Shown: positions 1 through 13,590 of the stretch, piece by piece
Layout of the letters: every line of letters begins with the position of its first letter
Position numbering within the stretch: position 1 is the first letter of the stretch
Assembly (NCBI RefSeq): GCF_009834535.1
Contig: NC_045696.1
Location: forward strand, 94,676,001 to 94,740,000
Length of the DNA stretch: 64,000 nucleotides
Reading direction: 5' to 3'
Source of the DNA: Camelus ferus
Taxonomy: Eukaryota
The notes under the pieces: model-generated
Database searches by the model: none
Told to the model about the DNA's origin: nothing
Seen by the model: the letters and a program-made list of their open reading frames with translations, nothing else
Program-made: the position numbers and the translations under genes

Positions 1-1564
1 TTATTTGGAGCTGAACTGTTTCCTAGAAATGCCAGAGGTCTTGGAATTTAACTCTAAAATTCAGCTATAGTCAATAGGACACAAATGTGTCTTTTAACCC
101 TAAGATTCAAGAGACGTCCTACATAGATCTGAGTCTCCAGAGCCCAGTTTCTCCCAACTTAAATGGGGTTTGAGCTTCCACATGTGCTAATGAGAGCATG
201 CCCAAGTGCCCTTGCAGGCAGGCCCACACTGATTTCAACCGCAGAGTCCGGAGAGAAGGGTGACCTTGATGCCAAGGAAACTTGCTGTTCAAGAATCACA
301 GGACACTGTGGATTCACTCTTTTAGGAGGAAGTTCCATGAAAAGAAAAAACTGTACTCTCACTCAAAGGATGACACGACTATGAAGTTGACCCTGCCCTG
401 GTGAAATCCGGCTAATGCGTTGTGTTCTTTGGTCAGGAGCTGTGCTGGGGAGCAGGTCATGATAAAGAAAGGCTAATAAACTTAGGTGACTTATTTAAAT
501 TCACTTAAACATACAGCGTACTAGCTAGTCTTCCTGGTGCTGTCAGGTGATTCACTGGCCACGGTTTCATAAATGTATCTCTGTGGCTTCTATGGAGATT
601 TGCTGCCTGTTTGTAAAACCATGACTTGTTTTCTCCATGTATGGCAGCATTTTAGTGCAAAGTGCATGTCTATCTTCAGTGTTCAGTGGGGAACGGGTGA
701 GGGATGGTTCACCAGTGGCCTCTCCAAGAAGGTGACTGGCTATAAATCTGAATAATCTTTAAGAGCCCTAAAATGAATTTCATGCATGCATATAATAGAA
801 GCCAGATCATCTCAGATAGATTCTCTGTTTTATAAAAGAAATCTGGCCCTTATTAAATGATGGGTAACTGAGAGAACCTTTGATTTGCTTCTACATATTC
901 CCGTAGCCTTAAGAGTTTTATAACCTAAATCCCATTAAAAAAAGATACATATGTGTACTGAGGGGTAGAGAAACTTCTAGAACCTCACTCCAGATGTTCA
1001 CACTTGAACTAAGTATATGACTTGTGAGATGTACAGTAATAAGAACTCTGGGCTTGATTTTAGGGAGGGGAGGAGGGTTGGCAGCACTGAGCACAGTAAC
1101 TTTCTCTTGAGGAGTTGGGACATTTTCTCCTTGCGGACAGTGTGAACTGTGTTTCCCCTTTTTCTTTGGCCTCCAGGAGTTACATTCAGAACTCAACTTT
1201 AATTCTCAGCGTTTCCATCGTGTACAGCTTGAAGGCCGCCTGTCTGGGTTCTAACCTTTCCTGTTCAGTGTCCTGGAGATTAGGCATACCACACTGCCTC
1301 GCTGGGCCTCAGAGCTCTCAAAAGTAAGACAAAAGTGGTTTCAAAGCATTTAGGAGTGAGCCGTGTTCCCATGGCCACCTCTGGAGGGCAAAGCTCTGGG
1401 ACTGAGGGTCGGCTGGCTCCAGTCCCAAAGCAAAGATGATGCCATTTCTGCTGGTTTACACCCTAGAAAAAGACTTCCTTGGAAAACGTTGGTAGAACTT
1501 GAAAGCTCTTGTGCCCTCGTCATTTCTGAAGCCTCTCTCAGCTTTAAAAACTTTTAGACTAAGA

Positions 1565-1730
1565 TTAGGGATCAAAAGATGGGCATTCTCATTCAGGTTC
1601 TTCCACTAACCTGCTGTGTAATTTAAGCAGGTCACTCTTCCGTGCTGGACGTTTGTGTTTCTCATCTGTAAATTTAAGGGAATTGAATGCAGTGATTTGG
1701 CAGGTTGCTTCTGCTCTTAAAATGCTTTAT
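1565..1730 (+). mobile_element. MIR/MIR3 SINE fragment
   Basis: MIR core-like 'ccactaacctgctgtgtaatttaagcaggtcact...tttctcatctgtaaa'. Confidence 0.6.
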
Positions 1731-2019
1731 CTCCTCTCTCCCTCTCACCTGATTTCCCAAGCATCTGCTCCTGTAGAATGTGGCCTCAGGCAGAGGGATC
1801 ACAGGGACAGAAAGAGAGGAGGCTGACACAGTTTCCTCCCTGTTTTCTTTCCCACTGCTTTACATTGTGACCGGATTTATTTCAAGAAAAGCAAATAAAG
1901 AAAGGATAAGTAGAGGACTGGATAAGCAGAGACATAACATTTAACTCTGGAATCACTGTGAAACTGTTTTATTTGCTCAACAGAAGTTTCATGAAAATGA
2001 CCTGAAAGCTACTGATAAA

Positions 2020-2255
2020 GGGCTGAGTCAGACTAGGATTACCTCACAGCATTGCAGTCTTACTTGTTTGCGGCCACGCAGACTGCTGACCTGACAGAAC
2101 ACGTTGGGGATTTCCTCCCCGCCAGCTTCCGCCTCGGTGACGCTTGGTCATGCTTTCCCTAACTGCCTGTCGGTTTCTGTAACACACCTTGTCGTGTGTG
2201 TCATAGGGGCCGGGCGGGGCAGTTTCACCGGACTTCTCTGCAAGAGTTTCCTTTG
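2020..2255. promoter_or_regulatory. Candidate enhancer (motif cluster)
   Basis: TGAGTCA 2024-2030, GGGGATTTCC 2106-2115, CTTCCG, TGACG, GGGCGGGG 2212-2219; locally CpG-rich, no repeat recognised. Confidence 0.4.
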
Positions 2256-4501
2256 CTGAACCTCATACACTGTACCCTTGGGGCAACATTCTCTAAGTTA
2301 CGACACAGTATCAAAAGGTTACGCCAAACTGTGTGCCTACTTCACTCTCTTGTAGCTCCGTGCATTCTTGTCCCATCACCACCAGAAGGGGGTGGGGGGT
2401 GGGGCAGATATTTGGGCTCCAGATGGAGTCTTAAGACTTACAAAGGGAAAGCTATTGACTCAGGGTTCTCAAGAGAGCCCAAAGGCACGCAGTAGGTACT
2501 GGCTCAGGCTTTAGAAGGGAAGGCCTGTACCAGTTGCTCCTATTGGTTATTACCTGGTCCACTCACATCTCCACACCCTCTGGCATTTGGTGAGATGTCA
2601 GGGTCTCTGACGTTCTTTCTAAATGTGCTTTAGGATCTGTCCTTAAAGGATTTTCCTCTTAAGAAGAGTTTCTTAGCTTTATCTCTAGTTCCTTTCTTCC
2701 CTTCAGCACCTTCTGTGAATTCCTTTTTGCAGATTACTTTTACCTCCAATTTTTTTTTTTTTTTGCCACCCATGATTAAATCTCACCACTCTTCCTTTAG
2801 TCCCATGATCACACAAGAGCACCCCTTTACAATATCGGTGTGGATATTACAGTCAGATTCACCCCATGCCAACAGAGTAGTGAGGGCTTTTCATAGACAT
2901 TTGGAAGCCAGGTAGTAATTACAGAGGTGACTACCGGACGAGAAGTAGTCCAATGGAGCTGTAAACATTAATCACCACATCAGAGAAATAGAATAATTTC
3001 TTCCTCTTCTATATATGCACAGGCTCTGGGTGGTCACATTAACCCTTTCTGAAGTTTTCTCCCCTTAAAGATTGTTCCTGAGAATATTTACTTAACCTAG
3101 CTGTTCAACCAAGTTTAACAAGTTGTTCAGTGAACCTAATTTTAGTTTAAAAAGAGGAAATTATTAGATTGATTTACCTGCAAACTCTGACTTCCTTAAA
3201 ATTGGGTTGGGACACTGATGACATTAAAAAATCTACGTATATATTACATCCCTCTATGGCATCAATTTGATGTGCAGTATTTCTCGAACACTCCAAGAAC
3301 AAACTCTGAAGTTAGAGAGTTCTGCTGTATGAAACAATTAGAATTGTCTGCTTTAATTTTTTAACTTAGGGGTAAATTTTCTCCTGAAAAAGAAGAACTT
3401 ATGAGAAGTGTTAACACTTTAGAAAGGAAAGCAGTACAAAGGTAAAACTACTTAGAAAATATTTCATTTACAAAATATTTCTCCTTAACTGCTTATACAA
3501 AGATGTTAATAGTCTATTAGAATACTCTGACTCATAGATATTCAGTATGGACATCGTTTAAACCATTACTACAAACTGTTGATCAAAGTATTTATTTATT
3601 CATTGGCCTAGAAGAAAGGGGCCCCAGGTTCTCCTCATTTGGGTAGCTCTGTCTGAGGGACTTCCAAATGGTTTCTGGCATCAGTCAATCCAGCTTCGGC
3701 TAGCAGGTTAGCCGGAAAATGGTTTCTAGTAGTGCTTTCAAGTAGTAGGTTTCAAAGTGAAAGGCAAGCTTTGACAACAGACATAAGAAGATAATTCCAA
3801 GAAGGGAAGATGCTGAATGGTTTGCCACACAAATACAATACGGCAACACTTAACACTGATCCTATGATCAATAAAAACTTGTTCATTAAGCAAGTGTTGA
3901 CCATTGAGTGAATGGGCTCATTGAGACTGGTGAGTGCTGCAGAGCTCTGAGTCATTACCCCTTTAGTGGACCTTCAGCTCCTCTGCCTCCCTAATCCATG
4001 CTATCAGCTGTTACTGTCCTCAGCAGGCTCCTCCCTCACCTTCCTCTCCACGGCCAGGCTCAGTTCCTCTCTCCTGAGTTGTTATTGCAGCACCTGAGAG
4101 ATAGATGACAGCTATAAGATAAGGGGGTGGGAAGGCAGGTAACTGCACATGGAAATCAGGGCTAGATGTACAGCAAGGAGAAGTTAGGAAGACAATTTAA
4201 AAACATACTCATTTTTCTACTTTAGGGAGACTCCACATAGTGCAGTTAGGCTTATCTTTGACAGGAAAATTTCCAGGAATTAATCTATTCCGTAAGAGAA
4301 TTGGGACTCAAATGAGGTTAAAGCACTTTCCTGAATAAGATCAAGATGAGTCAACTAAAACACGATCAGCTCAACCAGGGAAATAGTCTAAATAGAGGTT
4401 CTAGTTGAAGAAAGGGATGGCCCAGAGAGTCATGAGGAGACCTTCGGAGTGCTCGACATGTTCACTATCTGGGGCGGGGTGACCATTATATGGGTATATA
4501 C

Positions 4502-4917
4502 TAATGACCTAAATGAAGAGGTAAACTGAGGCAAGGAATTGCAATTTAGGAAATGCTTGCTGTTCCAAGTTACAGGTGAGCCCCTTGAGAGTTTGGGGTG
4601 GGAACAGGGGCTGTATTTATGGACAAGCAGTGCGAAGAGAGGAAAATCTGGCTAGAGTTTAAGCAGTAAGTTCATTGGCTCGAGGATGGGGAAGAGATTC
4701 TTGGCAGATGTTCATGGTTCAGGCGGTAAGTCTCGGTCTTTCGTAAATCCAGCACTTAAGGGAAATCAGCCAGTCAGTTCTCAAGCCCCGTTCTGGGGGT
4801 GGATGCCTGAGATTCTCCATTTCATATCCTTTGGTTCCATTTTTGTCGGTCTCATTTGCAAATATTTTCTCCCATTCTGTAGCCTCTGGTTCCATTTTTG
4901 ACTGAAATCCTTCCACA
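4502..4917 (-). mobile_element. Solo LTR, ERV1-like
   Basis: 4-bp TSD ATAC (4498-4501 and 4918-4921); minus-strand start TGTGGAAGG; CCAAT on minus; ~415 bp. Confidence 0.7.
4846..4882 (-). mobile_element. 37-bp internal L1 ORF2 snippet
   Basis: Minus strand ctacagaatgggagaaaatatttgcaaatgagaccga = TEWEKIFANETD, the conserved L1 ORF2 motif PTEWEKIFAN; flanked by direct repeats 4828-4845 and 4883-4900. Confidence 0.8.
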
Positions 4918-7110
4918 ATACATACGTTAATTCCACCTACGTTTACATTTAAGATCAGGTAACTTTAGTTTTTATTGTGATAGAGCATCTTTAAACAAGA
5001 ATATAAGCAATGTAACATGAATGATGAAACAGAATCCCGACCAATTACGCCAGTCCTCTGAGAAGCAATGACAGGTGTAGTGATGACACCAATAAAAGAG
5101 CAGAAGTACACACCTTAGAATCTAGGAAAAACGGCCTGTAGTGACCCATAATTTGGTACCATTTTCTAAGCAATTTCTAAGATGGAGTGATGGTAACTGA
5201 GGGAACCTGATAGCCAGCGGTAGAGGGGAGAGAGGCAGTCTACCAACCTCTGTCCAGAGATCTGATTCTTCAGTTGTACCCTCAGCATTTCACCTCCCCA
5301 TTCTTAATTAGTAAGTTTGTTTTCTGGTAGGTACAACTCGTTTGAGTCTGAATGGCTTCACGAGCAGGTTTTCGGAGTCTGCTTCCTACTCCATGAGGCA
5401 GTCTTCAAAGATCTGGAGGAACTGGGCTACTTCTAACTCCTGGACCCATAATGGCCTCACCAACCTGCAAGTTCCAGTGTGATCAGCCTTCCTAAGGTCA
5501 ATGCCGAGGACTTGGGAAGGATGTGGGAAGGGAAAGAGGGGGCAGATGATGTGGAATGTCAGGTCTTTCTATCTTACAAGGGGGAGAAAAGATAAAACTA
5601 ATTAAATCGGTGTTAAAAATGCAACTCTCTAAATTCACATTTTTCCTTCGTGAAGTAATATTGCTACAGACACTAAATATGTTTCAAAACACTTGCTGTA
5701 AAACATTTGGTAGGGTGGCGTTGCCCATTAAAAGGAATATAAAGAAAAGCATCTGGAAATATGTGAAGATGGACTTCATTTCAATATGTTTAAGATGTAA
5801 TGGTTACCAGATGTCAGTTTTAAGGGATTTTTGAAAATAGTATCTCTGAAGGACTGTGAGTTCATTCACTATACACTTTAGAATTTCCTAGGACAAATTT
5901 TCTATCACTATTTAATTATGGAATTAATGAAGAAATACATTTTAAGTGTGTGTGTGTATAATGCCAAAAATAATACTAGACATCCTAGAATAAAACAAAA
6001 TAAACCAAAATAAAATAAGGAGCCACTGATAGGCAGTCTCAGGGAATAAAGTACATATTTAAATTTGCTCCAAATCCCAGTACAACCCAGAGTTAAACAG
6101 AAAGTTGAAAGTACCCAAGATTCTTTGGCTTAAACATAACTGTATGATAATCTATCGAATGTGGTAAGAGGAATGCAAAATTGCATTCTCTCCTGCTGAC
6201 ACATTTTGTTTGTCACCATACATACTTTTTATTAGCAATGACAGTATTTTAGCCCTCTTCTGTTTGTGCCTCACAAAATTGCTCCAATTTCATGTATTTT
6301 GTTGACAGGTAGGAACCTGTAATATTTTTTAGAAAATGTCAAGAGAAAACTGTTCCAATCATTTGCTTCCTAGGAAACAGTAGACATACAGAGGCTCCTT
6401 ACATATATGCTGACTGGCTAAAAGGGAAATTCACTTCTGACCTGCCCAGGAAATGGAAAACACTCATCCATACGTGGCCCAGGCAGGCATTTATGTGTAA
6501 GGAGGTGATGGAGATTTGAAAGAATAAATCTCCCAAATTTCATAGTGTCTAGAGAAGCCCATATGTCATAAGGGTGAAAAATAGATATCTGTCATTGAAA
6601 CAATCTCTTTTGAGAGAACTCACTCTGAGAAATAGATGAGAAGCTAATAAAAATTGAGGAAAAAAGAAAACAATTTATATTTTGTAATCTTGCATCTCAA
6701 ATATAAAATAGAAACAAAAGTTTTCATAAAATATTCTTTCTAGTGCCTTCAATAACATGGCTAAATTGTAATAATGCAGACATCTTTGATATCATGCAAT
6801 AGCAGGAAATTGCATATAAGACAGAAAAACAGTGAAGAGAATTCTTCAGGGCTGCCCTCAATCACACAAAAGCCAGAGCTCTAGTAAAACTGAAATAAAA
6901 GTGTCCGATCATTTTTAAAGTACATTACAGCTTTATGTTTCCTAAAATTCACCAGTGATATCACAGGGCAGAGAGAGGCTAGTCCTGTGCTGAGGCTTTC
7001 TCTGTTTCTGGACTGTGATTTGGGTGTAGAGATCTCTCTCATCAGTTTAGGGAAGCAATTTAATTTTGCAAGCATTTATCAAACTGCAATTTTGTGGTCC
7101 CTTGCAATGA

Positions 7111-7118
<8 letters not shown>

Positions 7119-7149
<31 letters not shown>
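7119..7149 (+). repeat. poly(A) tract
   Basis: About 30 consecutive A. Confidence 0.95.
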
Positions 7150-7150
<1 letters not shown>

Positions 7151-8974
7151 CCAAAACAATGTGAACCATAACCCCAAGAAGCTTACAGAAGAGGCAGAGA
7201 GCCCTAGGAAGGGGACTGGAAGCTTGTTTTTTTATAACTTCCTGGTAGTTGACATTTGGTGAAAGACTCCAAAATATTTGATGGGTACTCATTTTGAAGG
7301 GCTTAGCTGTTCCTTATCAAAGTGGCAGAGTACAGGGTAGCACTTATTTACAGAGTACTTTCAGCAAAATTACTAATAGGGAACCCTGTTGTAAGGTGGC
7401 TGGGAAGTCATGGACTAACACTCAAGGTGGGAGCAAACCCTGCCATTTGCAATGCCTTTTCAACAATAACATGTTTCCACGTGTCCAGATAGTCCAAACC
7501 TTCCCTCAGGGGAAAAAAAAATCTAGAGGTTTTCAAAACGAATTTACTATGTTTCAGTTGGGCTTAAGGAAATGCTGATTTTTAAGACTTTAAGGATGGA
7601 CAAGTGTATTAGAATTGTTTCCACCCAAACCTCCCAGTGGGATAGATAATAAAACCAGTCAACAGCTCTGTATAAACACTCAACTATTAACTCTGTATAA
7701 AAGGTTTTAGAAGAAGTTTCCTACCTAAAACAAATTTTTAGTCAAGACACTTTAATAACAACTTGTTTAAAAAAAAAAATCCCATTCCTTAACATTTCGT
7801 TTCTTGACACAGGATCCTTGAAAGAATACAATGTAGCTGGGAGGTCTTGTTTTCAGGTACACATGTATGTTTATGTTTCTATATAATTTGTATATTATAT
7901 AAGCACATATAGCATATGTAAGATATCTAATTTTTAAAAAGACTGCCTCCAGAGTTCCACAGAGAGGGAAACTGCAAACTCAGAAGGTTCAAGGGACTTG
8001 GCAGAGTTTTTTGATGAAAACTTTTAGATTCTCATGGGGAACCGAACACACACTCTCCCTGCTAGTAGGATATTTCAGCTGGAATCTTCGTTACCATACT
8101 TCTAAGATTAGAGAGAAAGCTGTCTCATTACCCACAGGAATTCAACAATTGAAGACCAGGCCAAGTAAGTACCATGAAAACAGGTATGACATTCCAGTTC
8201 AAGAACTAGAAATAACACTACTAAATCCCTTGACTAAACACAGAGTAATGAGGCTTAATCTACCGTGCCAGTGGTTTCAGCAGATCTTTGGTACTCTGAA
8301 CCAGGGTGTGGCCAGATAGTCTTGCCAATGAAAAGTCAATATTTGACCAATGTTTTGGCTCCTGGCCCCAACGTGTCAGCATGAGTGCCACGTCGGGGAA
8401 GAAGCAGGAGAGAAGAGACACTGCTGAGAACGTTCCCGTTATCGACTTCAGGCTTCAGTCTGTTCCACTCCTTAATTATCCCTCTGGGTTTACCAGCGAC
8501 ATGCCCTTTATTTCCTCTGGACATGTTTTCTAGTCATTGATTTCCAAACAGAGCTACTGATTGAAATAGTAGAGAAGCTAATCCCTTTAATGGAAAAACC
8601 CTGGCTGAAACTGGAAACAATCAACAGCCAAGGAAGAAAACTGATGAACTGAGTAATTACTCACATCCTGTTGTTAAAAAGTTACACACAGCTCGTGGAA
8701 AGGAAGCACCCTACCAATACATATTACGACATCCCAGAGTGTCAGGAGGGAGTCAAGGTGCACGGTAAACTGACCTTTGCAGACTGATGCGAACCCACGA
8801 GCTGTAATATACATCCCATGTCCCATTGGTTTTGCTCAGGATTGCCCACATTCTTTAATTTCTATGGTCTTTCCTGGGTACTCTTTGAACCACTTACCAT
8901 GTTTCTTGGGCTAAAATAAAGTAGATTTAACACTATAGATAGGCCCTATTGCCTAGAGGAAGAAACTCTGGGGT

Positions 8975-9195
8975 GAAAACCATAATAGCCAGGTTCCTCT
9001 GGCTTTTGACTTTGTAACCAACTAACTTGGGCAAGTTACAACCTCTCAGTATCTCATTTTCTTCACCAGTCAAATGAGGATAATATTGCCTACCCTGCCT
9101 ACTTGCCTCACAGAGTGATGATGAGAATCAAGAGAGATCGTTGATATGAAAAGATTTTGAAGTTAAAAGTGCTGTGTAAATGCAAGTGATTATTA
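8975..9195 (+). mobile_element. MIR SINE
   Basis: 'acttgggcaagttacaacctctcagtatctcattttcttcaccagtcaaatgaggataata...cctcacagagtgatgatgagaatcaa'. Confidence 0.75.
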
Positions 9196-9361
9196 GGGGT
9201 TGGGGGCAGGGAGGCTGCTGTGGCCAACTCAGCTGGAAAAACTACAGGCTGGGAGAGCTGCAAGGAACCTGAGAAATTGAGTCCAACCCCCTAATTTTGC
9301 AGATGGGAAAACTTTGACCCCCAAGAGTAGTAAAATGCACAGATAATTCCCATAATTTTAG

Positions 9362-9575
9362 ATAATAATAGTAATTAGAGGGTTTATTCTAGGCCAGACA
9401 GTGTGCTAAGTGCTTTACATACATTATCTCATTTAATCTTCTCAATTTCCCTATTAGGTAGGTGTGAGACTAAGGTAAGTTACCTCCCCGAGGTCACATA
9501 ACTAGTAACTGGAAGGGCTATGATTCCATGTGAAGAGTTTTTGATGCCAATGCTCTTAAACCACCTTGCTATGCC
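9362..9575 (-). mobile_element. MIR SINE
   Basis: 'gtgctaagtgctttacatacattatctcatttaatcttctca...aggtcacataactagtaa'. Confidence 0.8.
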
Positions 9576-10089
9576 ATCAAGAGTTGTGAACCTTTTTTCC
9601 AATGTGTCTAATGAACCTGAAAAAGCAATTTCTTTCTTCTCTCTGAGAGAAGCTACTCAGCCAATAGGTAGATAGCAAGCAGAACCATGAGTCCACATAT
9701 AAGGGACCACACAAAAGGGATATATCCAGAAATACAGGACAAAGGATATATCCTATTTCTTAAGAGTTAACCTCCATCCTGGATAGCCTTCCCTTTGGTG
9801 TGCTAAAACTGCTACCTGGGTATCAGTAACAGTACACAGCCACACTAGTGTACTTATTTACAGTTTATAAGCCCTTTAACACGAACCGTAAGAAATGGCA
9901 AATGAAAAGCTTTCATATTGTAAGAGTTTCCTATGCTTTGCCATTTGCAGAGGTGGTAGCCAGCATCCCACACCAAATCAATCTAACCTCCGTAACCAAC
10001 AGGATAGTGCAAAAATAATGGGGCGTGATTTCTTTTTAAATTCAATTCAAATTTCTAGTTCCAGTATTAGCCTGGATGATACGGACCAG

Positions 10090-10395
10090 TGACATTTTTG
10101 GGGCCTCCAGTCCCCCCTCTTTTCAAATGGGAGTCTGTAGCAGTTATCCTATGTATGACAGATTGGGGGAGGGGTGGGGGGCAGATAGCTTGTCTCTAGG
10201 CCTTCAAATCAGAGAACTGCACTCAAGGAGCTGTACCTAACGGACCACACCAATGAAGCCACATCAGCACCCTGATCTGACTGAGAAGATGAGGTTCTGA
10301 ACTTTGTACTGGGATGAGACTTCTGGGGGCCTTGGGAAGGAGTGAATGGATTTTGTTTGTGGTAGGGATGTAAATCATTGCGGACCAGAGAGGAC
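10090..10395 (+). mobile_element. MLT1 (MaLR) internal 3' fragment
   Basis: Ends '...ggatgtaaatcattgcggaccagagaggac' directly before the LTR TG, typical of the MLT1-int/LTR junction. Confidence 0.6.
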
Positions 10396-10919
10396 TGTGG
10401 TAGCCAGTCTCCATGTTGATCCCAATGATTCTCACTTCTTATTATTCATGCCCTTCTGAGGTCCACTCCTGCACTGACCTCCCAAATCAACAGCTTGTTA
10501 TGCAAATGGTAGGCTCTAACTTTTGAGAACGGATCATGAGTCACTGCAGTTTCCTCTTTGCTTTCTATTGTATCACTTGCTCTGGGGGAAGCCAGGGGCC
10601 ATGTACTGAGGACACTCAAGCAAACCTATGTCAAGGTCCTCGTGGGGAGGAGCTAAGGCTTTCTCCCAACAACCAGCATTAATTTGCCAGCCATGTAGGT
10701 GAACCATCTTTGAAAAACATAAAACATACTCCAAGCCCAGCCAAACCTTCAGATGCCTACAGCCTCAGCCAATACCTTACTGCAACCTTCCGGGAGACTC
10801 TGAGCCAGAACCAGCCAGCTGACCCATTCTTAAATCCCTGACCCTGTATGACATAATATACTTGTACTATTTTAAGTTGTCAAGATTTGGGAATAATTTG
10901 TTGTAGAGAAATAGATGCA
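10396..10919 (+). mobile_element. MLT1F-like MaLR LTR
   Basis: Starts TGTGGTAGCCAGTCTCC...CCCAATGATTCTCAC; ends 'aagatttgggaataatttgttgtagagaaatagat'. Confidence 0.8.
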
Positions 10920-12414
10920 GCAGAATATGAAACATGCTTATCTCAACCACTTAACCAACCTCAGAAATTATTTGTCAATCATAATTTTAGGATTGAGGAA
11001 GCTAAAATGGGAGGTTGGAATATTCATTTCAAATGAAGTATATGTGTGTGCATGTGTGTGTCTGTGTTTGTGGCCTTGAACTATTATAAATCATTATGTA
11101 TCTAGATGTCAAGATGTGCTTTTTTCCTACCAATTTCTCCTGAGGTGGACTTGAGGATGACCAGTTACTTAACTGCTAAAAACTCTTCAAACAAGGGGAC
11201 TTGGAAGGAATGAAAATGTATCTGTGAAGAGACTGAAAGTAACTTCTGTGTTCAAATTCCTCAGGGGCTTCTGAGCAAAAATTACCTCTTTTTACTATTT
11301 GTTCTTGCGGGAGGTGAGTAGAGAAATCTCATCCTTCACTGCAGAATTTTTAGAGGCAAAATGAAATGTGATAAGGTAGAGCCAACAATTAAAAGCTCAC
11401 ATGGGCTTCTCATGCTTGCCTCTTCCCCCCCTCTCTCCAACTGGTAAAAATTTAGAGCCTTATCCACCCCCTAGCATTATGACTTTTTAAGATCTCATTT
11501 TTGGTTTCTGGTTTTTCCTTTTAAAAAGGCTTAAATGTCCCCAAGACCAAGACTCTAACATCTTCAGGGAAGATCAATGACACTGGTATGGCGGGATTCA
11601 TTTTGTTTTGGGGTAAGAGATCATTAAATTTGTAAAACATAATCAAACCATTTCAGAGAGTGTAAGGTTCCCAAATACATGCCGAGAAAAGAACAAGGTC
11701 TATGAAGCAAGACAGAGGCTTTTGAGAATTTTTTAAACAGCCAGAAAAACATAAAGAGAATTTATGATGATTCTTTTCCCAGACATTTCCAAAAATTTCC
11801 CACAGGTGATCTTTTTTTTTTCCCCCTAGTTGATGCCTTGTCTGTTTCCTGCATTGAAAAAACAAAACAAACAAACAAACCTCTGCTGGGTTCTTTCCAA
11901 GCCCTAAACCCTTTGATTTACCACGCTGAAAAGCACATACAACCTGGATTGTCCGAATACTCCTAGCTCACAAAAGAACAGAATTAGAGTCCTGGAGGAT
12001 TTGTGCTGTGGTTCAACCCCAGATTCATCCTTTCAGAGGAATGGATAAATGGCTATCCCCACCGAGAAAAGAGAGTGGCTTTTCTGGTGCTGAGGAATGA
12101 GTGTGGAGCATAAAAGGTGGGTAGAAAAGAATAAGTGTATGATGTGATACTGTACAGAACGAAAGTCTAATTTTTCCCCAAATGAGAGCTGAACCACGAA
12201 GAAAACTGATTTCATTTTAGCAGACATTACTCTACTATTAGTTAATAAATTTCTATCCAAACATAACATAGACTTTCTGTCAAATATTGTTTACTCGTAT
12301 TAAGTAAGAATTAACTATTGAATCAGAAATAATATGTCCTTGTAATCCAATTGTGTCTGATTCTCATCAAAGCCTAAAGCTCTTTTGGTTAAATTTTGAC
12401 CATCAAGCATCACA

Positions 12415-12515
12415 GCATATATGTGTGTGTATATATTTATATATGTATTTATATATACACACACACACACATTTTTGAAGTATACTATATACATATATAT
12501 ACATGTAGATATATA
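12415..12515. repeat. Compound (TG)/(TA)/(CA) microsatellite
   Basis: Seen directly; quasi-palindromic. Confidence 0.85.
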
Positions 12516-12730
12516 AAGGGCACTAATCCTAAGTGCACAGCTAGATGAATTGTATGTACAATTCTGCCCATGCACCTTCCACCCAGAACGAGATACTAAG
12601 AAACTCCTTTGGCTCCTTCCCAGTAGGTAACTAGCCACCTCCACCCCAAGGTTATAACTATTCTTGCTACTGTCACCAAAGATTAGTTTCCCATAACCAC
12701 GTTTTAAAATAAACCTCAAAACCTCATAAA
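12515..12730 (-). mobile_element. Old L1M 3' UTR fragment
   Basis: 'gcactaatcctaagtgcacagctagatgaatt...ctattcttgctactgtcaccaaagattagttt'. Confidence 0.55.
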
Positions 12731-13590
12731 TAAGAATCTGTTGTTTCATGGCTTAAATGAATCAAAACTGTGATTACCATGAAGCATGTGAGAAAACATT
12801 TATACAAAATCTCCTTGCAAGATGCTGCTTCCTGGTCATTCTGAGGATACAAGGAGAGAGCAAAGGAGATTATCAAAGTCTACACCTGTCTATAGGGAGA
12901 AATGAAAATGCACATCTTGTGTGCTTTAAAAGAAAGTTGACCCTTTTCCCACAGGTGATATTGGAACCTTGTAAATAGGTGTGATCGCGTTGTTCAAAAT
13001 CAGGGTGAATTAAAGACAAGACATAATTGCATAGCACAGTGCCAACTAGTCATATATTTCTTAACAAAAACTACAAATCCAAAACCCAGACATGCAAACT
13101 TTCCAGAGAGAGAGAGGCAGAGACAGATCAAAGTGTTATTTTTTAATCTGAACACTGTTAAGAATTTCTTGTTCTTGTTTTGAAATGACTTTACTTAGCT
13201 TAACCTTCATACATTAAGGTTGATTAATCCTGTGCACTTTATGTCCAGAATGTACTTTAGCTGATATTTGCTTGGTTGAGAGAACACTGTCATTGCTCTC
13301 ATAGGAAATCTGTTTTGAAAACTACAGAAGAAAAAGTGCACCAGATATATAGCCACATTTTCAAAAGAGGGAAGAGAAAAGTTAAAAATAAAACACTCAG
13401 TAAAAGCTTGGTGTTTCACCTCAGCCTTTGTAAACAGCCTGCAACTTAGAGACAGGGAATTAAGAATTCCATGCTGAATTAGAAATTAAAAATAGATGCA
13501 GTAGTGAGAAATGCATTTAAGGCCCTGCCTACCCTGCAGTAAAAATTGTGTTCGGAAAAATTAGGATGATTGTTTCTAGCATGCTGTGAA

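Larger units (their letters stand above)
4400..4980 (+). mobile_element. Old L1M (L1MC/ME-type) 3' UTR fragment split by a solo LTR
   Basis: 'atgttcactatct...tatatgggtatatac' resumes as 'atacatacgtta...' after the LTR. Confidence 0.5.

Noticed and set aside
5331..5436. Exon-like segment YNSFESEWLHEQVFGVCFLLHEAVFKDLEELGYF*
   Set aside because: No recognised homologue or partner exons.
12315..12749. 144-aa minus ORF
   Set aside because: Runs through a microsatellite and an L1M 3' UTR.
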